From Nanobdellota archaeon (GTDB lineage: Archaea > Nanobdellota > Nanobdellia > Parvarchaeales > Parvarchaeaceae): a DNA stretch of 52,058 nt. Below the pieces are notes generated by a model. That model worked only from the letters and a program-made list of their open reading frames with translations, did no database searches and had not been told where the DNA came from. The stretch spans positions 1-52,058 of the forward strand of contig JAJZNV010000008.1 in the NCBI GenBank assembly GCA_021852265.1, given 5' to 3'. How positions within the stretch are numbered: position 1 is the stretch's first letter; the number at the start of each line of letters is the position of its first letter. Positions 34,281-44,886 of the stretch are shown here, piece after piece. A program made the translations under genes and the position numbers.

Positions 34281-35711
34281 TTAAACTGATAAATCTTTAA
34301 ACACCTCATTCAAATCCGTTGTTGATTTCCCATCAGCGTCAGCAATCTGCTGCGACAGTGGCGGCTTTATCCCACGCTTTGCGAGTCTATCTTCGAAGGT
34401 GTCCTGGTTTTTCCACTGAAAGAACAATCCAGTATTTAGATTTTCGGGGGTCTCATTCAGGATCATATTTATTGCTTGTAACTTCTTTTTGTTTACCTCT
34501 TCGAGATTCGTTGGGTCATGCACAATACCATCATAATCTTGCGGCAAGGGATGCAAGTGCTGTCCAAACCAGGCAGTATTGGTGAATTCTGGATTATAAG
34601 TTGGACAGCCCTGCTGGATATCGATTAGCGCAAGACCTGGATGCTTTATCGCTTTTACCATCAGATCGGTTTGCTCCTTTACATTATAACTTTGCGTTCT
34701 TGCAACGAAAGTATAACCCGAGAGTATGGCGATAGCGAGGGGGTTCAGAGGACCATTTATATTCGGCTCCGGAATGCCCTTTACCTTTCTTCCTTCCGGT
34801 AGAGTCGGGCTTGCTTGGCCTTTTGTCAATGCGTAAACCCCGTTATTATGAACGAATAATTTTATATTTACATTTCGTCTACCAGCACTTATGAAATGAC
34901 CAACTCCAATACCATATGTATCGCCATCGCCACTGTCGATTAGCACATTTAATTCTGGATTTGCAAGTTTTATGCCTTCTGCGAATGGAATCGCCCTCCC
35001 ATGCAAAGTATGCACGCCATTTACATTAACTAAGTGCGGAAGTTTAGATGAACAGCCTATCCCAGAAACGATAACAGTTTTATGCGGATCTAAACCTGCA
35101 CCGGCTATTGCACTCTTTACAGCAAGAACGATACCGCTATCGCCACAATTGTGTAGTGCTGCGAATTCGGTAACGTAAGAATTGGCATCTTCTACTTCTA
35201 GATTATAGACTACTCCAGAAAATTTCTCTAATTTTTTCCTGCTTATCCTAAAAAATGTATATTCTTTCTCAAAGTCATTATAAGTGTCGGCTTTTGAGTT
35301 CTTAACTAACTCGTGACATAATGCGGTTGATGGATATGCAACTAAATCTCCTTCAGATACTTTACTTGCTGGTTTCCATTCTAGTTCAAAAACAGATTCC
35401 GAAATTTTCGTTGCTACAAAGATAGGGTGTTCCTCAGTAATCAATAATTCGTTTGTTCCATTTATGGAAATTTTGAATATTTTTCCATGATGTAGATGAC
35501 TCATCGTTTTGATTACTTTGTGGTATAACCCATCATGCCCTAAAACCTGCTCGCCTTCTTTTACTAGTGCTATCTCCTTCAATCCATTTACAGAAAGAAT
35601 CTTAGTTTCTCCACTGACACACCCTGGACACCAATCATTCAACTCATTAGAACTAAGACTTGTAGGTATTACAGGAATTTTATGGTTGTCATTTTTTGGA
35701 TCAGTAAGCAT
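34281..35711 (-). CDS. korB: 2-oxoacid:ferredoxin oxidoreductase beta subunit, intein-containing precursor
   Basis: WCPG|CG, SGIGCSS, HGRAIP, GDGD TPP motif, NNGVYALTKGQASPT, CPTYN. Confidence 0.95.
   Translation of the reverse strand: MLTDPKNDNHKIPVIPTSLSSNELNDWCPGCVSGETKILSVNGLKEIALVKEGEQVLGHDGLYHKVIKTMSHLHHGKIFKISINGTNELLITEEHPIFVATKISESVFELEWKPASKVSEGDLVAYPSTALCHELVKNSKADTYNDFEKEYTFFRISRKKLEKFSGVVYNLEVEDANSYVTEFAALHNCGDSGIVLAVKSAIAGAGLDPHKTVIVSGIGCSSKLPHLVNVNGVHTLHGRAIPFAEGIKLANPELNVLIDSGDGDTYGIGVGHFISAGRRNVNIKLFVHNNGVYALTKGQASPTLPEGRKVKGIPEPNINGPLNPLAIAILSGYTFVARTQSYNVKEQTDLMVKAIKHPGLALIDIQQGCPTYNPEFTNTAWFGQHLHPLPQDYDGIVHDPTNLEEVNKKKLQAINMILNETPENLNTGLFFQWKNQDTFEDRLAKRGIKPPLSQQIADADGKSTTDLNEVFKDLSV
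35148..35621 (-). mobile_element. Mini-intein (158 aa, no homing endonuclease) in the oxidoreductase beta subunit
   Basis: Starts Cys (CVSGETKI), block B TEEHPIF, block F VYNLEVED, ends LHN followed by Cys+1; removal restores WCPGCG. Confidence 0.95.
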
Positions 35712-37512
35712 TCAAAATCACCTTTTTCTCGCCCCTCAGTATTCTATCTAGTGCGCCTCTAACTTCATCATATCTCATTGGACGCCCATTATATTTGAGG
35801 ATCTGGTTCTCTATTACTATACCAGTTTGCGAAGCGATGTGCTGTTTTAATTGACCACTTATATTTTGCTCTACACAAACAACTTTCTTTGCTCCTTTAA
35901 TAATTGACGCTATTTCTTTAGGCAAAGGCTCTATTAATTTTATCTGTAAAAATGTCATATTGGGAGTTATTGCCTCCATTATCGCATTTGACGTTCCTCC
36001 CCAACCTATGACAAGTAAATCGCTTTTACTTGGATCAGCATTTGGTCCAAGTAATCTAAACTTCTCTTCTTCTGGTAGCTGTGAGAGTATGAGTTCTGTC
36101 TTTTGAGTACGTTTCTCCATCATTTTATTTCTATTGCTAGTCTCCTCGGAGATATGTCCCCATTCTTCGTGTTCATCGCCTGTGGTCCATGTTATTGCCG
36201 TGGGATCACCAAGTGCTATGCGTGGAGAGATGTTATCCGGAGTAAACGCGTAACGTTTATAATCCGGACCGGCATTTTGTATCAATTTTCCCCGATCAAT
36301 TCGATAGCTTTCTTTTATCTTCTTTACAAAATTAACGTCCATACTAACCGAGGCCTGAGAAAGGCTTTTCTCGCTTAAGATGATTACAGGTAACTGAAAC
36401 TTCTCTGCATAATTGAATGCTAAGGCAGTAACACTTATGGATTCCTCAATACTGCCGGGCGCAATAACCATTCTTCCATAGTCACCGTGTCCCATATGCA
36501 TTGCAAATAGAAGGTCTGCTTGCTCAGTTCTTGTTGGCTGACCGGTAGCGGGAGCCCCTCTTTGATGATCAACAATAACAAGAGGCGTTTCTGTCATCCC
36601 TGCCCAGGTCGTAGTCTCGGTCATTAGAGAAAGCCCGGGACCTGAAGTCGACAATGAGGACCTAACTCCTGCTAACGAAGCTCCAGTAGTCATACCTACA
36701 ACTGCCAGCTCACTTTCCGGCTGAATTACTCTTATACCAAGTTCCGGATGCGATTCTATGAAATTACTTTCATCACTAGCGGGAGTTATGGGATAATAAA
36801 TTTGCATCTTGCACCCTGCTATTGCTTTCCCTAGGGCAGTTGCGGTGAATCCTTCTATATACAACAATTCTTTTTTTGGTAATTGAGATAGTTTTGCGCA
36901 CTGTGGGAAATTTTTGTTAGAAATATATTTTATAGTATTATCGGCAACAAGGACGTTCATCTTTATTACTTCTTCGGATTTGGAAGAAAAAATCTCTTTA
37001 AGCGCTTCTTCTATTTTCGAAGTAGGGAGCCCCAGCATACTAACAGAAGCAGAAACACAAATGACGTTCTTTGCAATCATAAGATCACTTGCCTTGGCAT
37101 TTGATTGTTTTGCACTTTCATTTATTATAGAATCAAAATCCAACTGGAGAACCTTAATGTCTTTTCTGGTTATCTTTGAAATATCCATTTTTGAGTCTAC
37201 TATTATGGTACCATTTGCTTTTAGGTCTCTTATGTGACCTTCGTGAATCGTACCGCCCCGTGCATTCTTCTCACCTAGAACAGATTCATCATCGGAGAAT
37301 ATAGCTAAGTCTACAAATGAACCCAGGGCACGCACATTTTTGTCAGAAACCCTTACAGTGAAAAAACTGTGCATGCCTTTTATGTTAGAGAAATATTCGC
37401 GATAGCCAAAGGTGTAATAACCCTGCTTCATTAGTATCCTTGAAAAAAGCCCTAAAGCAGAATCTATTCCGCTACCTTGCTTCCCCCCAGTCATCCAACT
37501 GAAATCAAACAT
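35701..37512 (-). CDS. korA: 2-oxoacid:ferredoxin oxidoreductase alpha subunit (gamma-alpha fusion)
   Basis: GGKQGSGI, YYPITPAS, TSGPGLSL, QRGAPATGQPT. Confidence 0.95.
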   Translation of the reverse strand: MFDFSWMTGGKQGSGIDSALGLFSRILMKQGYYTFGYREYFSNIKGMHSFFTVRVSDKNVRALGSFVDLAIFSDDESVLGEKNARGGTIHEGHIRDLKANGTIIVDSKMDISKITRKDIKVLQLDFDSIINESAKQSNAKASDLMIAKNVICVSASVSMLGLPTSKIEEALKEIFSSKSEEVIKMNVLVADNTIKYISNKNFPQCAKLSQLPKKELLYIEGFTATALGKAIAGCKMQIYYPITPASDESNFIESHPELGIRVIQPESELAVVGMTTGASLAGVRSSLSTSGPGLSLMTETTTWAGMTETPLVIVDHQRGAPATGQPTRTEQADLLFAMHMGHGDYGRMVIAPGSIEESISVTALAFNYAEKFQLPVIILSEKSLSQASVSMDVNFVKKIKESYRIDRGKLIQNAGPDYKRYAFTPDNISPRIALGDPTAITWTTGDEHEEWGHISEETSNRNKMMEKRTQKTELILSQLPEEEKFRLLGPNADPSKSDLLVIGWGGTSNAIMEAITPNMTFLQIKLIEPLPKEIASIIKGAKKVVCVEQNISGQLKQHIASQTGIVIENQILKYNGRPMRYDEVRGALDRILRGEKKVILNAY

Positions 37513-37518
37513 ATTCAG

Positions 37519-37839
37519 CTAAAGATTGTCCTTTAACCACTTTTCCAGCATCTCTTTTGAGATTGCACCAACTATCATGTTTTTTGGCTTCCCACCAACA
37601 ACCAGAAGTGTAGTTGGTATACTAGAAATGTAATATTTTGCGGCTATCTCCTCATTTTCATCCACATTTACTTTGGCTAGTTTTAATTTATCACTAAATT
37701 TTGCCGAAACTTCCTCTATTATGGGGCCGTAAAATTTACATGGACCGCACCACTCTGCCCAAAAATCAACTAATACCGGGATATCCGACTTTATAACCTC
37801 TTTTTCGAATTGCGCTTCTCCTTTTATTTTTAATTCCAT
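37519..37839 (-). CDS. trxA: Thioredoxin
   Basis: DFWAEWCGPC, SIPT. Confidence 0.96.
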   Translation of the reverse strand: MELKIKGEAQFEKEVIKSDIPVLVDFWAEWCGPCKFYGPIIEEVSAKFSDKLKLAKVNVDENEEIAAKYYISSIPTTLLVVGGKPKNMIVGAISKEMLEKWLKDNL

Positions 37840-37933
37840 ACCACACCTCTCTAAAGAATCCTCTTATTACAGTAATTATAACAGTTCCCGTTATTTAAGT
37901 GTTCCCTTATCGGGTACATATCTAAGTCTAAAC

Positions 37934-38806
37934 TTATGTTTTATACAAGTTCTTCAATAGAACAGGGATTTCGGATGGTAACGCAGCAACGGACACGCCC
38001 GCCTTCTTAAACGCGGATATTTTGCTCTCTGCTGTACCGGCCTCCCCTGATATTATTGCACCCGCATGCCCCATTCTTTTTCCCGGTGGCGCGTACACTC
38101 CTGCGATATAAGCGAATACTGGCTTAGACACATTTTTCTTTATAAATTCTGCGGCTTCCTCTTCTGCGCTACCGCCTATCTCTCCTACCATTACTATAGC
38201 TGAAGTATCTTTATCTTTTTCAAACATGCCAAGCACATCGGTAAATGTGGTCCCTGGAACCTTATCTCCTCCTATGCCGAGGACGGTACTCTCTCCCATC
38301 CCATTCTCTGTGATATAGTTAACAATCTCATATGTGAGTGTACCACTTCTGGAAACCACACCAATCTTTCCGGGTTTTAACACGCTATTTGGAGTAATCC
38401 CCAGTTTACCGACCCCTGGTGAAGCTATGCCAGGACAATTTGGCCCGATTACCGTAACTCCATTACGCTTTGCATACAACAGCAATTCGACCATATCATG
38501 GGAGGGGACGTGCTCCGTTACTACCACTATAAGTTTTATTCCTGCATTTATCGCCTCTAGTACTGCATCCTTTGTGAATTGCGCAGGAACAAAGACTACA
38601 GATGCATTCGCACCTGTCTCGTCCACAGCTGTTTTTACATCATTATACACCTTTACCCCATTCACGACGACACCATTTTTGCCCGGTGTGACGCCCGCAA
38701 CTATGTTTGTCCCGAAATCCATCATAGCCTTGCTGTGGAAAGTCCCTTGATGCCCGGTTATTCCTTGCACCAAGACGCGGGTATTTTTGTCTATAAATAT
38801 CGCCAT
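37934..38806 (-). CDS. sucD: Succinyl-CoA synthetase alpha subunit
   Basis: [27 protein letters not shown] phospho-His. Confidence 0.97.
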   Translation of the reverse strand: MAIFIDKNTRVLVQGITGHQGTFHSKAMMDFGTNIVAGVTPGKNGVVVNGVKVYNDVKTAVDETGANASVVFVPAQFTKDAVLEAINAGIKLIVVVTEHVPSHDMVELLLYAKRNGVTVIGPNCPGIASPGVGKLGITPNSVLKPGKIGVVSRSGTLTYEIVNYITENGMGESTVLGIGGDKVPGTTFTDVLGMFEKDKDTSAIVMVGEIGGSAEEEAAEFIKKNVSKPVFAYIAGVYAPPGKRMGHAGAIISGEAGTAESKISAFKKAGVSVAALPSEIPVLLKNLYKT

Positions 38807-38807
38807 A

Positions 38808-39914
38808 TCAGCTTTTCACACTCGTTACTGCGGCATGTATCGCCTCGGTCATATCAGTAAATGCCTCAACACCATTCTCCCTTAATAAATTTCGTCCTTT
38901 CTCTTCATTGAAGCCCCTCAGCCTGACCACTACCTTGAATGCGGGTTTCTCCTTTTTTATTGCAAGGAGTATCCCTTCAGCAACCGTATCTGCCTTTGTA
39001 ACCCCTCCGAATATGTTTATCAATAATACGGCTGGTTTCGATTCATAGACTAGAGAGATAGCTTTTGATACTTTCTCTGGATCATCGGTCCCTCCTAAAT
39101 CAAGAAAGTCTCCGGGTTTACCGCCTAACAATGCTATCTGGTCTATTGTTGACATTGTTAGACCTGCCCCGTTTGCAATAATACCTATATCACCATCTAA
39201 TTTTACGAAAGATATCCCCTCTTTCTTAGCTTTTATTTCCAATGGATTAGTGCCTAAATCTGGTTTTATATAAGGGTGCCTGAATAGGGCGTCATCATCA
39301 ATTATTATTTTTGAATCGAGCGCAGTGAGGATATCATCTGAAACTGCAAGTGGATTTATTTCAACCAACTCGGCATCTTCTCCCTTATATAGAGACCACA
39401 TGCTATCAAGCAAGTTATAAAGCCCGAACCTACTAACCTCCTTGATATCAAATAGTGCAAAAATCTGCTGCTTAATTTTAATTGGGAGATCCTCCAATTG
39501 GTTTAAAGTAAACGTATTAATCTCCTCTTTCGGCACATCCTCTATATTTACGCCACCACTCTGGGATGCTATGAGGACAGGTGACCGCTTGCTCCTGTCG
39601 AGAGTGATGCTTAGGTATAGTTCTTTATCGTGTTTAACCAACCTTTCTAAAAGGAAAGCTTTTGGAGTAAACCCACCAAAACTTGCTTTTTGCATGGAAT
39701 TCAATTTTTCTGCAAGTTCTGCGCCGTTTTTGACGGTTTGAACACCGCCAGATGTCCCCCTGTGCCCAATCGGAACCTGTGCTTTTAATACAGCAGGATA
39801 ATGTATGATTTCATCTTTAATGCCAGCCTTATTTATTAGCAACAGCCCTTCCGGGATAGGGATTCCATAACGATTAAAAAGTGCCTTGCCTTGATATTCT
39901 AGGAGGTTTACCAC
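38808..39914 (-). CDS. sucC: Succinyl-CoA synthetase beta subunit
   Basis: LLEYQGK, LKAQV, EINPL, NGAGL, NIFGG. Confidence 0.96.
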   Translation of the reverse strand: MVNLLEYQGKALFNRYGIPIPEGLLLINKAGIKDEIIHYPAVLKAQVPIGHRGTSGGVQTVKNGAELAEKLNSMQKASFGGFTPKAFLLERLVKHDKELYLSITLDRSKRSPVLIASQSGGVNIEDVPKEEINTFTLNQLEDLPIKIKQQIFALFDIKEVSRFGLYNLLDSMWSLYKGEDAELVEINPLAVSDDILTALDSKIIIDDDALFRHPYIKPDLGTNPLEIKAKKEGISFVKLDGDIGIIANGAGLTMSTIDQIALLGGKPGDFLDLGGTDDPEKVSKAISLVYESKPAVLLINIFGGVTKADTVAEGILLAIKKEKPAFKVVVRLRGFNEEKGRNLLRENGVEAFTDMTEAIHAAVTSVKS

Positions 39915-39974
39915 TCTATTGAATGCGATGCAACAAATAAATACAGATAACGCTGCTGCTGATTCCGAATCTTT

Positions 39975-40274
39975 TTAACGGAGTACCATTGCCGGAATTA
40001 TCAGAATAGATACTAGGATGTTTATTAGCACTATAAGCGTTATTATGGTATAAAGCGCATTTCGTTCCATGGCAAAGGATACCACCGATGCCATGACTCT
40101 TATTACCGGTGTTGCAAATAACACAATAATACTTGTAACTATAAAGTTTTCACCGATAGTACTATTTCCAAACACTAAAACCACTATAAGCCCAATAATG
40201 GCTATTGCCGCACTAAGTGTTACACCTAACTTAAGCACTACCCCCAACATGATGTCCAGATTAGGCGTTTTCAT
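39975..40274 (-). CDS. DUF1634-like small membrane protein
   Basis: Three TM helices, ATPVIRV motif; overlaps the TauE stop, a common pairing. Confidence 0.75.
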   Translation of the reverse strand: MKTPNLDIMLGVVLKLGVTLSAAIAIIGLIVVLVFGNSTIGENFIVTSIIVLFATPVIRVMASVVSFAMERNALYTIITLIVLINILVSILIIPAMVLR

Positions 40275-41119
40275 GCAATACCTAACCCCCTAAGTATCAT
40301 CTCTATTGCGACAACTACCAATACTAGCATGAATATATTCTTCAATTTACGACTTGGCTCCTTTTCCATTATCGCACTGCCGACATATGCGCCTACAAGA
40401 ACGCCTATAAGTATCGGTGCAACGAGCAGTGGCTGTATATATCCCAACTCCCAATATATAACGCTGCCCGTTACCGCTGTTACCCCTATCATAAAGTCAC
40501 TTGTTGAGGTACTTACCTTTATAGGAAGATGCATCCCAGAATCCATAGCTAGCACTTTCAGGACACCAGACCCGACTCCTAACAGCCCAGACACGACCCC
40601 CGCTACCAGCATAACGGATTCGCCAAACCACCACCGTATACCGGAGTATTTTACTTCACGTTTTAGAGCTTTATCATAATATCTTCCCCGTAATTCGAAA
40701 AACTTTGTAGACCAATCACTCTTCAATCGCGCTTTGACGCCTCCATCGCGGATAACTGGATAAACGGATAGCAGGATAACGGCGCCAAAGACTATAAACA
40801 GCAGATAAGATAAATTATGTGTATAAACGAATGCCGCAGACAGTGAACCCGCAATCGCCCCGAGGGTGGTCGCTATTTCGAGTGACATTCCTATCCTTAC
40901 ATTCGTTATCCTATCACGTATGTAAGTGGTAGCTGCGCCGCTCGAAGTTGCTATTGTGGAGACTAAACTCGCCCCTGCCGCATACTCCAACGGAACACCA
41001 AATAGTATCGATAATACTGGGGTTATAATCACTGCCCCGCCTAAGCCCGTCAACGCTCCAACTAATCCCGCAACAATCCCGGTCAATACAAGAAATACCG
41101 AATATATTAAAGTTATCAA
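40271..41119 (-). CDS. TauE/SafE (TSUP) family transporter
   Basis: GLGGAVI..P, SGLLGVGSG, STSDFMIGVTA; TTG start. Confidence 0.9.
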   Translation of the reverse strand: MITLIYSVFLVLTGIVAGLVGALTGLGGAVIITPVLSILFGVPLEYAAGASLVSTIATSSGAATTYIRDRITNVRIGMSLEIATTLGAIAGSLSAAFVYTHNLSYLLFIVFGAVILLSVYPVIRDGGVKARLKSDWSTKFFELRGRYYDKALKREVKYSGIRWWFGESVMLVAGVVSGLLGVGSGVLKVLAMDSGMHLPIKVSTSTSDFMIGVTAVTGSVIYWELGYIQPLLVAPILIGVLVGAYVGSAIMEKEPSRKLKNIFMLVLVVVAIEMILRGLGIA

Positions 41120-41200
41120 TTTGCATCCCTAAAAAGATGTCTACACACATACATTAAAACTTATCAATTTGATGATTGCCCATATAAAATGTGTCTGGCG

Positions 41201-42508
41201 TTATTTTCCAGATATTTTCACATTTTTTGCCAAAATTGCTGGCGTGCTTATTCCAGATATCTCAAAAACTTCCTTGCTGAGTGCACTTATATTCCGCATT
41301 AAATCTATCATATTTATCCCAATCATTGTCTCCTTTACAGGATACATTATCTTGCCCTTCTTGATGTAATATCCTGCGGATACCATTGCAGATAAGTCCC
41401 CTGTGGACATATTAGGACTGTCTTCTGTATCCAGTAGGTATATCCCCTCATCTATTCTGCCCAATAAATCTTGCATGGTTTCTTCGCCGCGACGAATTAT
41501 CAGGTTGGTAGCGCCGACAAAACCTCCTGAAGTCCGAAAAGCATTTCCCGTGCTTCTTACACCCATTTTTTCTGCACTGTAGATATTGTGCAGATAGGTT
41601 TTTAATACGCCATTTGACACCAAGTCCTTTTTGGCAGTCGGTATCAGTTCATCATCAAATGTCCGGCTGTATGGACTTTTAGGAAGTGAAGGATCCTCTG
41701 TGATGTTTAATAGTTCAGATGCAATTTTATCTCCAAGTTTGTCTTTTAAAAAGCTCCTATGCTTGTACACTTCTTCCCCACTCATTGCTGCTATGAAATC
41801 CCCTACCAAACCGTTGGCTGCTTCCGGGCTTATAAGCACCTGACCCCTAAACGTCGGTGCTTGCTTCGAGCCGAGAAGGGAAACTGCAGTGTCAGCTGCG
41901 TTCTTAAATGTTGAAGGAATATCCAGTCCGCTATAATCACGAGCCTCTTGAATCTTAATTCCAGATGCCTGGTCACCCTTATATTTTGCGGTTATTTCTG
42001 CAAGAATATTTGCAGTTGTACTCTCATAGTCGCCTACTACCCCGTTACTGTTTGCTATAGAGACTTTTTTACTTGAGTGATCTAAAAACGCGTTAACTGA
42101 ATATACTTTTTTAAGCGCAGAGATGGATTGCACCGCATCGCGCACTTCTTTTATGGTGTTTTCCTCTTTAAACTGCCCCATTCGTCCGCGCCTTCTCTGG
42201 TTATCTCTTATTTTCATTTTAGAAAAACCGCTTTGGCTATCCGTGGCACCCGCTTGTTTGGCGAGCTTATACGCCGATTCTATCGCAATTTTAAGCGCAT
42301 CTTTAGAACCCAACGATGCAGTCGCCAGCCCCATTCTGCCATGGCAGATGCACCTGACACCGACGGCTTCGGTCTCGTTTATTAGTGCTATATTAAATGC
42401 GCCCCCTGCTATTTTTAGACCGCTATTTACCGCGGAGGTACAGGTTACCTCAAAATCGGCATCCAAACCTAAAGACCTTATCGTTCTCAAAAGCGAGTCA
42501 CTGTCCAC
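41201..42508 (-). CDS. pmbA: TldE/PmbA-family protein
   Basis: FDDELIP, NGVLKTYLH, STGNA, TGDLS; no HExxxH. Confidence 0.9.
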   Translation of the reverse strand: MDSDSLLRTIRSLGLDADFEVTCTSAVNSGLKIAGGAFNIALINETEAVGVRCICHGRMGLATASLGSKDALKIAIESAYKLAKQAGATDSQSGFSKMKIRDNQRRRGRMGQFKEENTIKEVRDAVQSISALKKVYSVNAFLDHSSKKVSIANSNGVVGDYESTTANILAEITAKYKGDQASGIKIQEARDYSGLDIPSTFKNAADTAVSLLGSKQAPTFRGQVLISPEAANGLVGDFIAAMSGEEVYKHRSFLKDKLGDKIASELLNITEDPSLPKSPYSRTFDDELIPTAKKDLVSNGVLKTYLHNIYSAEKMGVRSTGNAFRTSGGFVGATNLIIRRGEETMQDLLGRIDEGIYLLDTEDSPNMSTGDLSAMVSAGYYIKKGKIMYPVKETMIGINMIDLMRNISALSKEVFEISGISTPAILAKNVKISGK

Positions 42509-43871
42509 CCACGACCACCCCTCTTATGCGTATACTTGGTCCCCCACTTGTCACTGGAACCCATTGTCCTTCTTTTCCACACACCCCTGCATCAAGTTTA
42601 AAGTCAGACGTGATTGCATCTATTCTGTTCAGTATATCTAATGTGGTGCCAGTCAACGCAACGTCACGAACATACTCTGCAAGCTTCCCGTTATGTATCA
42701 TCCTTCCATACTGGGATTTGAACATAAATTTACCGCTACTTGTTTCGACATAACCGTACTGGAATCCATATAGCGAGATGCCACATTTTATCCCTTCATA
42801 TATGTCATCACTAAAATCGCCTGGAGCTATAAATGTATTCGACATCCTGGACAGAGGTATTGAGGCGTAGTCCATTGCTCTCGCTGCACCATTTGGGGTC
42901 AAACCAAGTGTTTCGGCGGTTTCTAATGTGTGCAAATACTCCTTCAATACTCCCCTATCAACAATGATTCTCTTTTTAGCTGCTACACCCTCTTGATCGA
43001 AAGGGAAAGAACCAGACGCAAGTTTTATAGTTGGATCATCCACTATCGTAACGATATCATTCCCAACCTTTTTCCCCAGCTTATTTTCTAATACAGAGCT
43101 CTTGGCCAGTATGGCATCAGCCTCTGACGCATGCCCGAAAGCTTCGTGTGTATAAACTCCAGTCATTGCATAATCCAATACAACATCATATTTTCCACCA
43201 CGTGCAGCCTTTGCGCCGATTAGCTTCTCAGCTTCTTCTTTTGTTGCTCTGCCTAGTTCGGAGTTCGCGTTGTTATCAAACAACTCAAATCCACAGTTTC
43301 CACTCAGAGTTTTCTTTATAGAATGCGTGGTTGCCCCATCCTTCACAAATGATGCTATGCCTAGCTGGGGGTGCGATTCATAGAAAGACACTACGGCTCC
43401 AAGATTATTTCCGATAAGCCAATGCGTAACCAAATCCCTGTAGTCCGAGACGGTTGCTACGGTATCTTTTCCAATTGCGGCACGATCCATATCCATAGTA
43501 AGCCTAAGTTTATCTGCTATATCGACTGACCTAGTATCCTTCGCCCATTTTGGATCCAATCTTACATTGTTTAATTCTGGATTTGGGGTAGTGCCACGCG
43601 TTTTACCAGTATCGACTCTTATTTTTGAGTATGCGGCATCCAGTGCGGCCTTTATTGCTTTTTTAGATATATTATTGGAGGATACAAATCCACAGACCCC
43701 ATTCTTGATAACTCTCAAGCCGAACCCTGCATCTTTTACATTGGCCGTTCGGCGGACTTTTCCGTTTTCTACGCTTAAGAAAGTGCCTTCCCGTTCACTT
43801 AACCGTATATCACCGTAGTATCCATCCTTAACAGAGGATGCAAAAAACTTTATCAAATCTTCGTCAATCAT
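42498..43871 (-). CDS. tldD: TldD-family metalloprotease
   Basis: HEAFGHASEAD zinc motif, DQEG, RMSNT, CGKEGQWVPV. Confidence 0.94.
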   Translation of the reverse strand: MIDEDLIKFFASSVKDGYYGDIRLSEREGTFLSVENGKVRRTANVKDAGFGLRVIKNGVCGFVSSNNISKKAIKAALDAAYSKIRVDTGKTRGTTPNPELNNVRLDPKWAKDTRSVDIADKLRLTMDMDRAAIGKDTVATVSDYRDLVTHWLIGNNLGAVVSFYESHPQLGIASFVKDGATTHSIKKTLSGNCGFELFDNNANSELGRATKEEAEKLIGAKAARGGKYDVVLDYAMTGVYTHEAFGHASEADAILAKSSVLENKLGKKVGNDIVTIVDDPTIKLASGSFPFDQEGVAAKKRIIVDRGVLKEYLHTLETAETLGLTPNGAARAMDYASIPLSRMSNTFIAPGDFSDDIYEGIKCGISLYGFQYGYVETSSGKFMFKSQYGRMIHNGKLAEYVRDVALTGTTLDILNRIDAITSDFKLDAGVCGKEGQWVPVTSGGPSIRIRGVVVGGQ

Positions 43872-43884
43872 TTATGCCCCGTAT

Positions 43885-44886
43885 TTAATTTTTATGAGCG
43901 GTTATGCTATCTTTTACAATCTCCTTTTTCAATAGCTGTATGGCAAAGGCCGGATCAACGCCTTTGGGACATACTTCTGAGCAAGAACCCGAATATTCGC
44001 AGTCCCATACTCCTTTTAGTGTATCGACCTGTTTTAACCTAATCTCGCCCCCCTCATCTCTGGAATCAGCATAATATCTATAAGCCTGTGATAATGCCTG
44101 CGGTCCAATAAACTCAGGATTAGTATTAACAACTGGGCATGCATCAACACATAAACCGCACATTATACAGTATGAAAATGGTAAAAATTTATCGAGTTCC
44201 AATTTCGTCTGCGGGTATTCCTTAGTAGGATGATACTTTTCACCTAGATCTTTCCTGAAAAGGTACGGACTTACAGCAACGTGCTTTTCGAAAAAATCAT
44301 CGAAATCTGTTACTAAGTCTTTTAGGAGGGGATGTCCCAGCATAGGTGATACCTCAATTTTTCCATCTTTTAGATTTTCTGTAACATTGGTCTCACACGC
44401 AAGTGACGGTTTTCCATTTATCACCATACCACACGAACCACATATACCCATCCTGCAGCTATATCTCATTGAGAGCGAAGGGTCGTTTTTTGTCTTTATT
44501 GATAAAAGCCCGTCCAGTACTGTTGAAAATTCTGTAATCCCTACAGTGTATTTGCTTTCCTTTAGTTCCTGAGTTTTTGGATCAAATCTAAATACATTGA
44601 ACTCGGCAAATTTTCCGCTATGTGCAGGCGTGTTCTCCGGACCTTGACTCTCATTATTTAATATGGACTTTTTTAAAGTGATTGCATTCTTGGGAAATCT
44701 CCTAATATAGACATCTTTTACTCCAGACAATCCAAATACCAGCAATCCAAACATCGATAACCCTAATAACACCTGTTTCAAGAGGATCAGATTTGTTGAA
44801 TACACGAATGCATAAATTAAAAGCAGGATGGGAACACCAAACATAGGCATGTATACAGTCGATATTGAAATCCATGATTCTCTCAT
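43885..44886 (-). CDS. sdhB: Succinate dehydrogenase/fumarate reductase Fe-S subunit with N-terminal TM extension (start likely 44886)
   Basis: SCRMGICGSCG...C, CIMCGLCVDACP, CEYSGSCSEVCP; ATG at 44886 overlaps the upstream TGA. Confidence 0.93.
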   Translation of the reverse strand: MRESWISISTVYMPMFGVPILLLIYAFVYSTNLILLKQVLLGLSMFGLLVFGLSGVKDVYIRRFPKNAITLKKSILNNESQGPENTPAHSGKFAEFNVFRFDPKTQELKESKYTVGITEFSTVLDGLLSIKTKNDPSLSMRYSCRMGICGSCGMVINGKPSLACETNVTENLKDGKIEVSPMLGHPLLKDLVTDFDDFFEKHVAVSPYLFRKDLGEKYHPTKEYPQTKLELDKFLPFSYCIMCGLCVDACPVVNTNPEFIGPQALSQAYRYYADSRDEGGEIRLKQVDTLKGVWDCEYSGSCSEVCPKGVDPAFAIQLLKKEIVKDSITAHKN

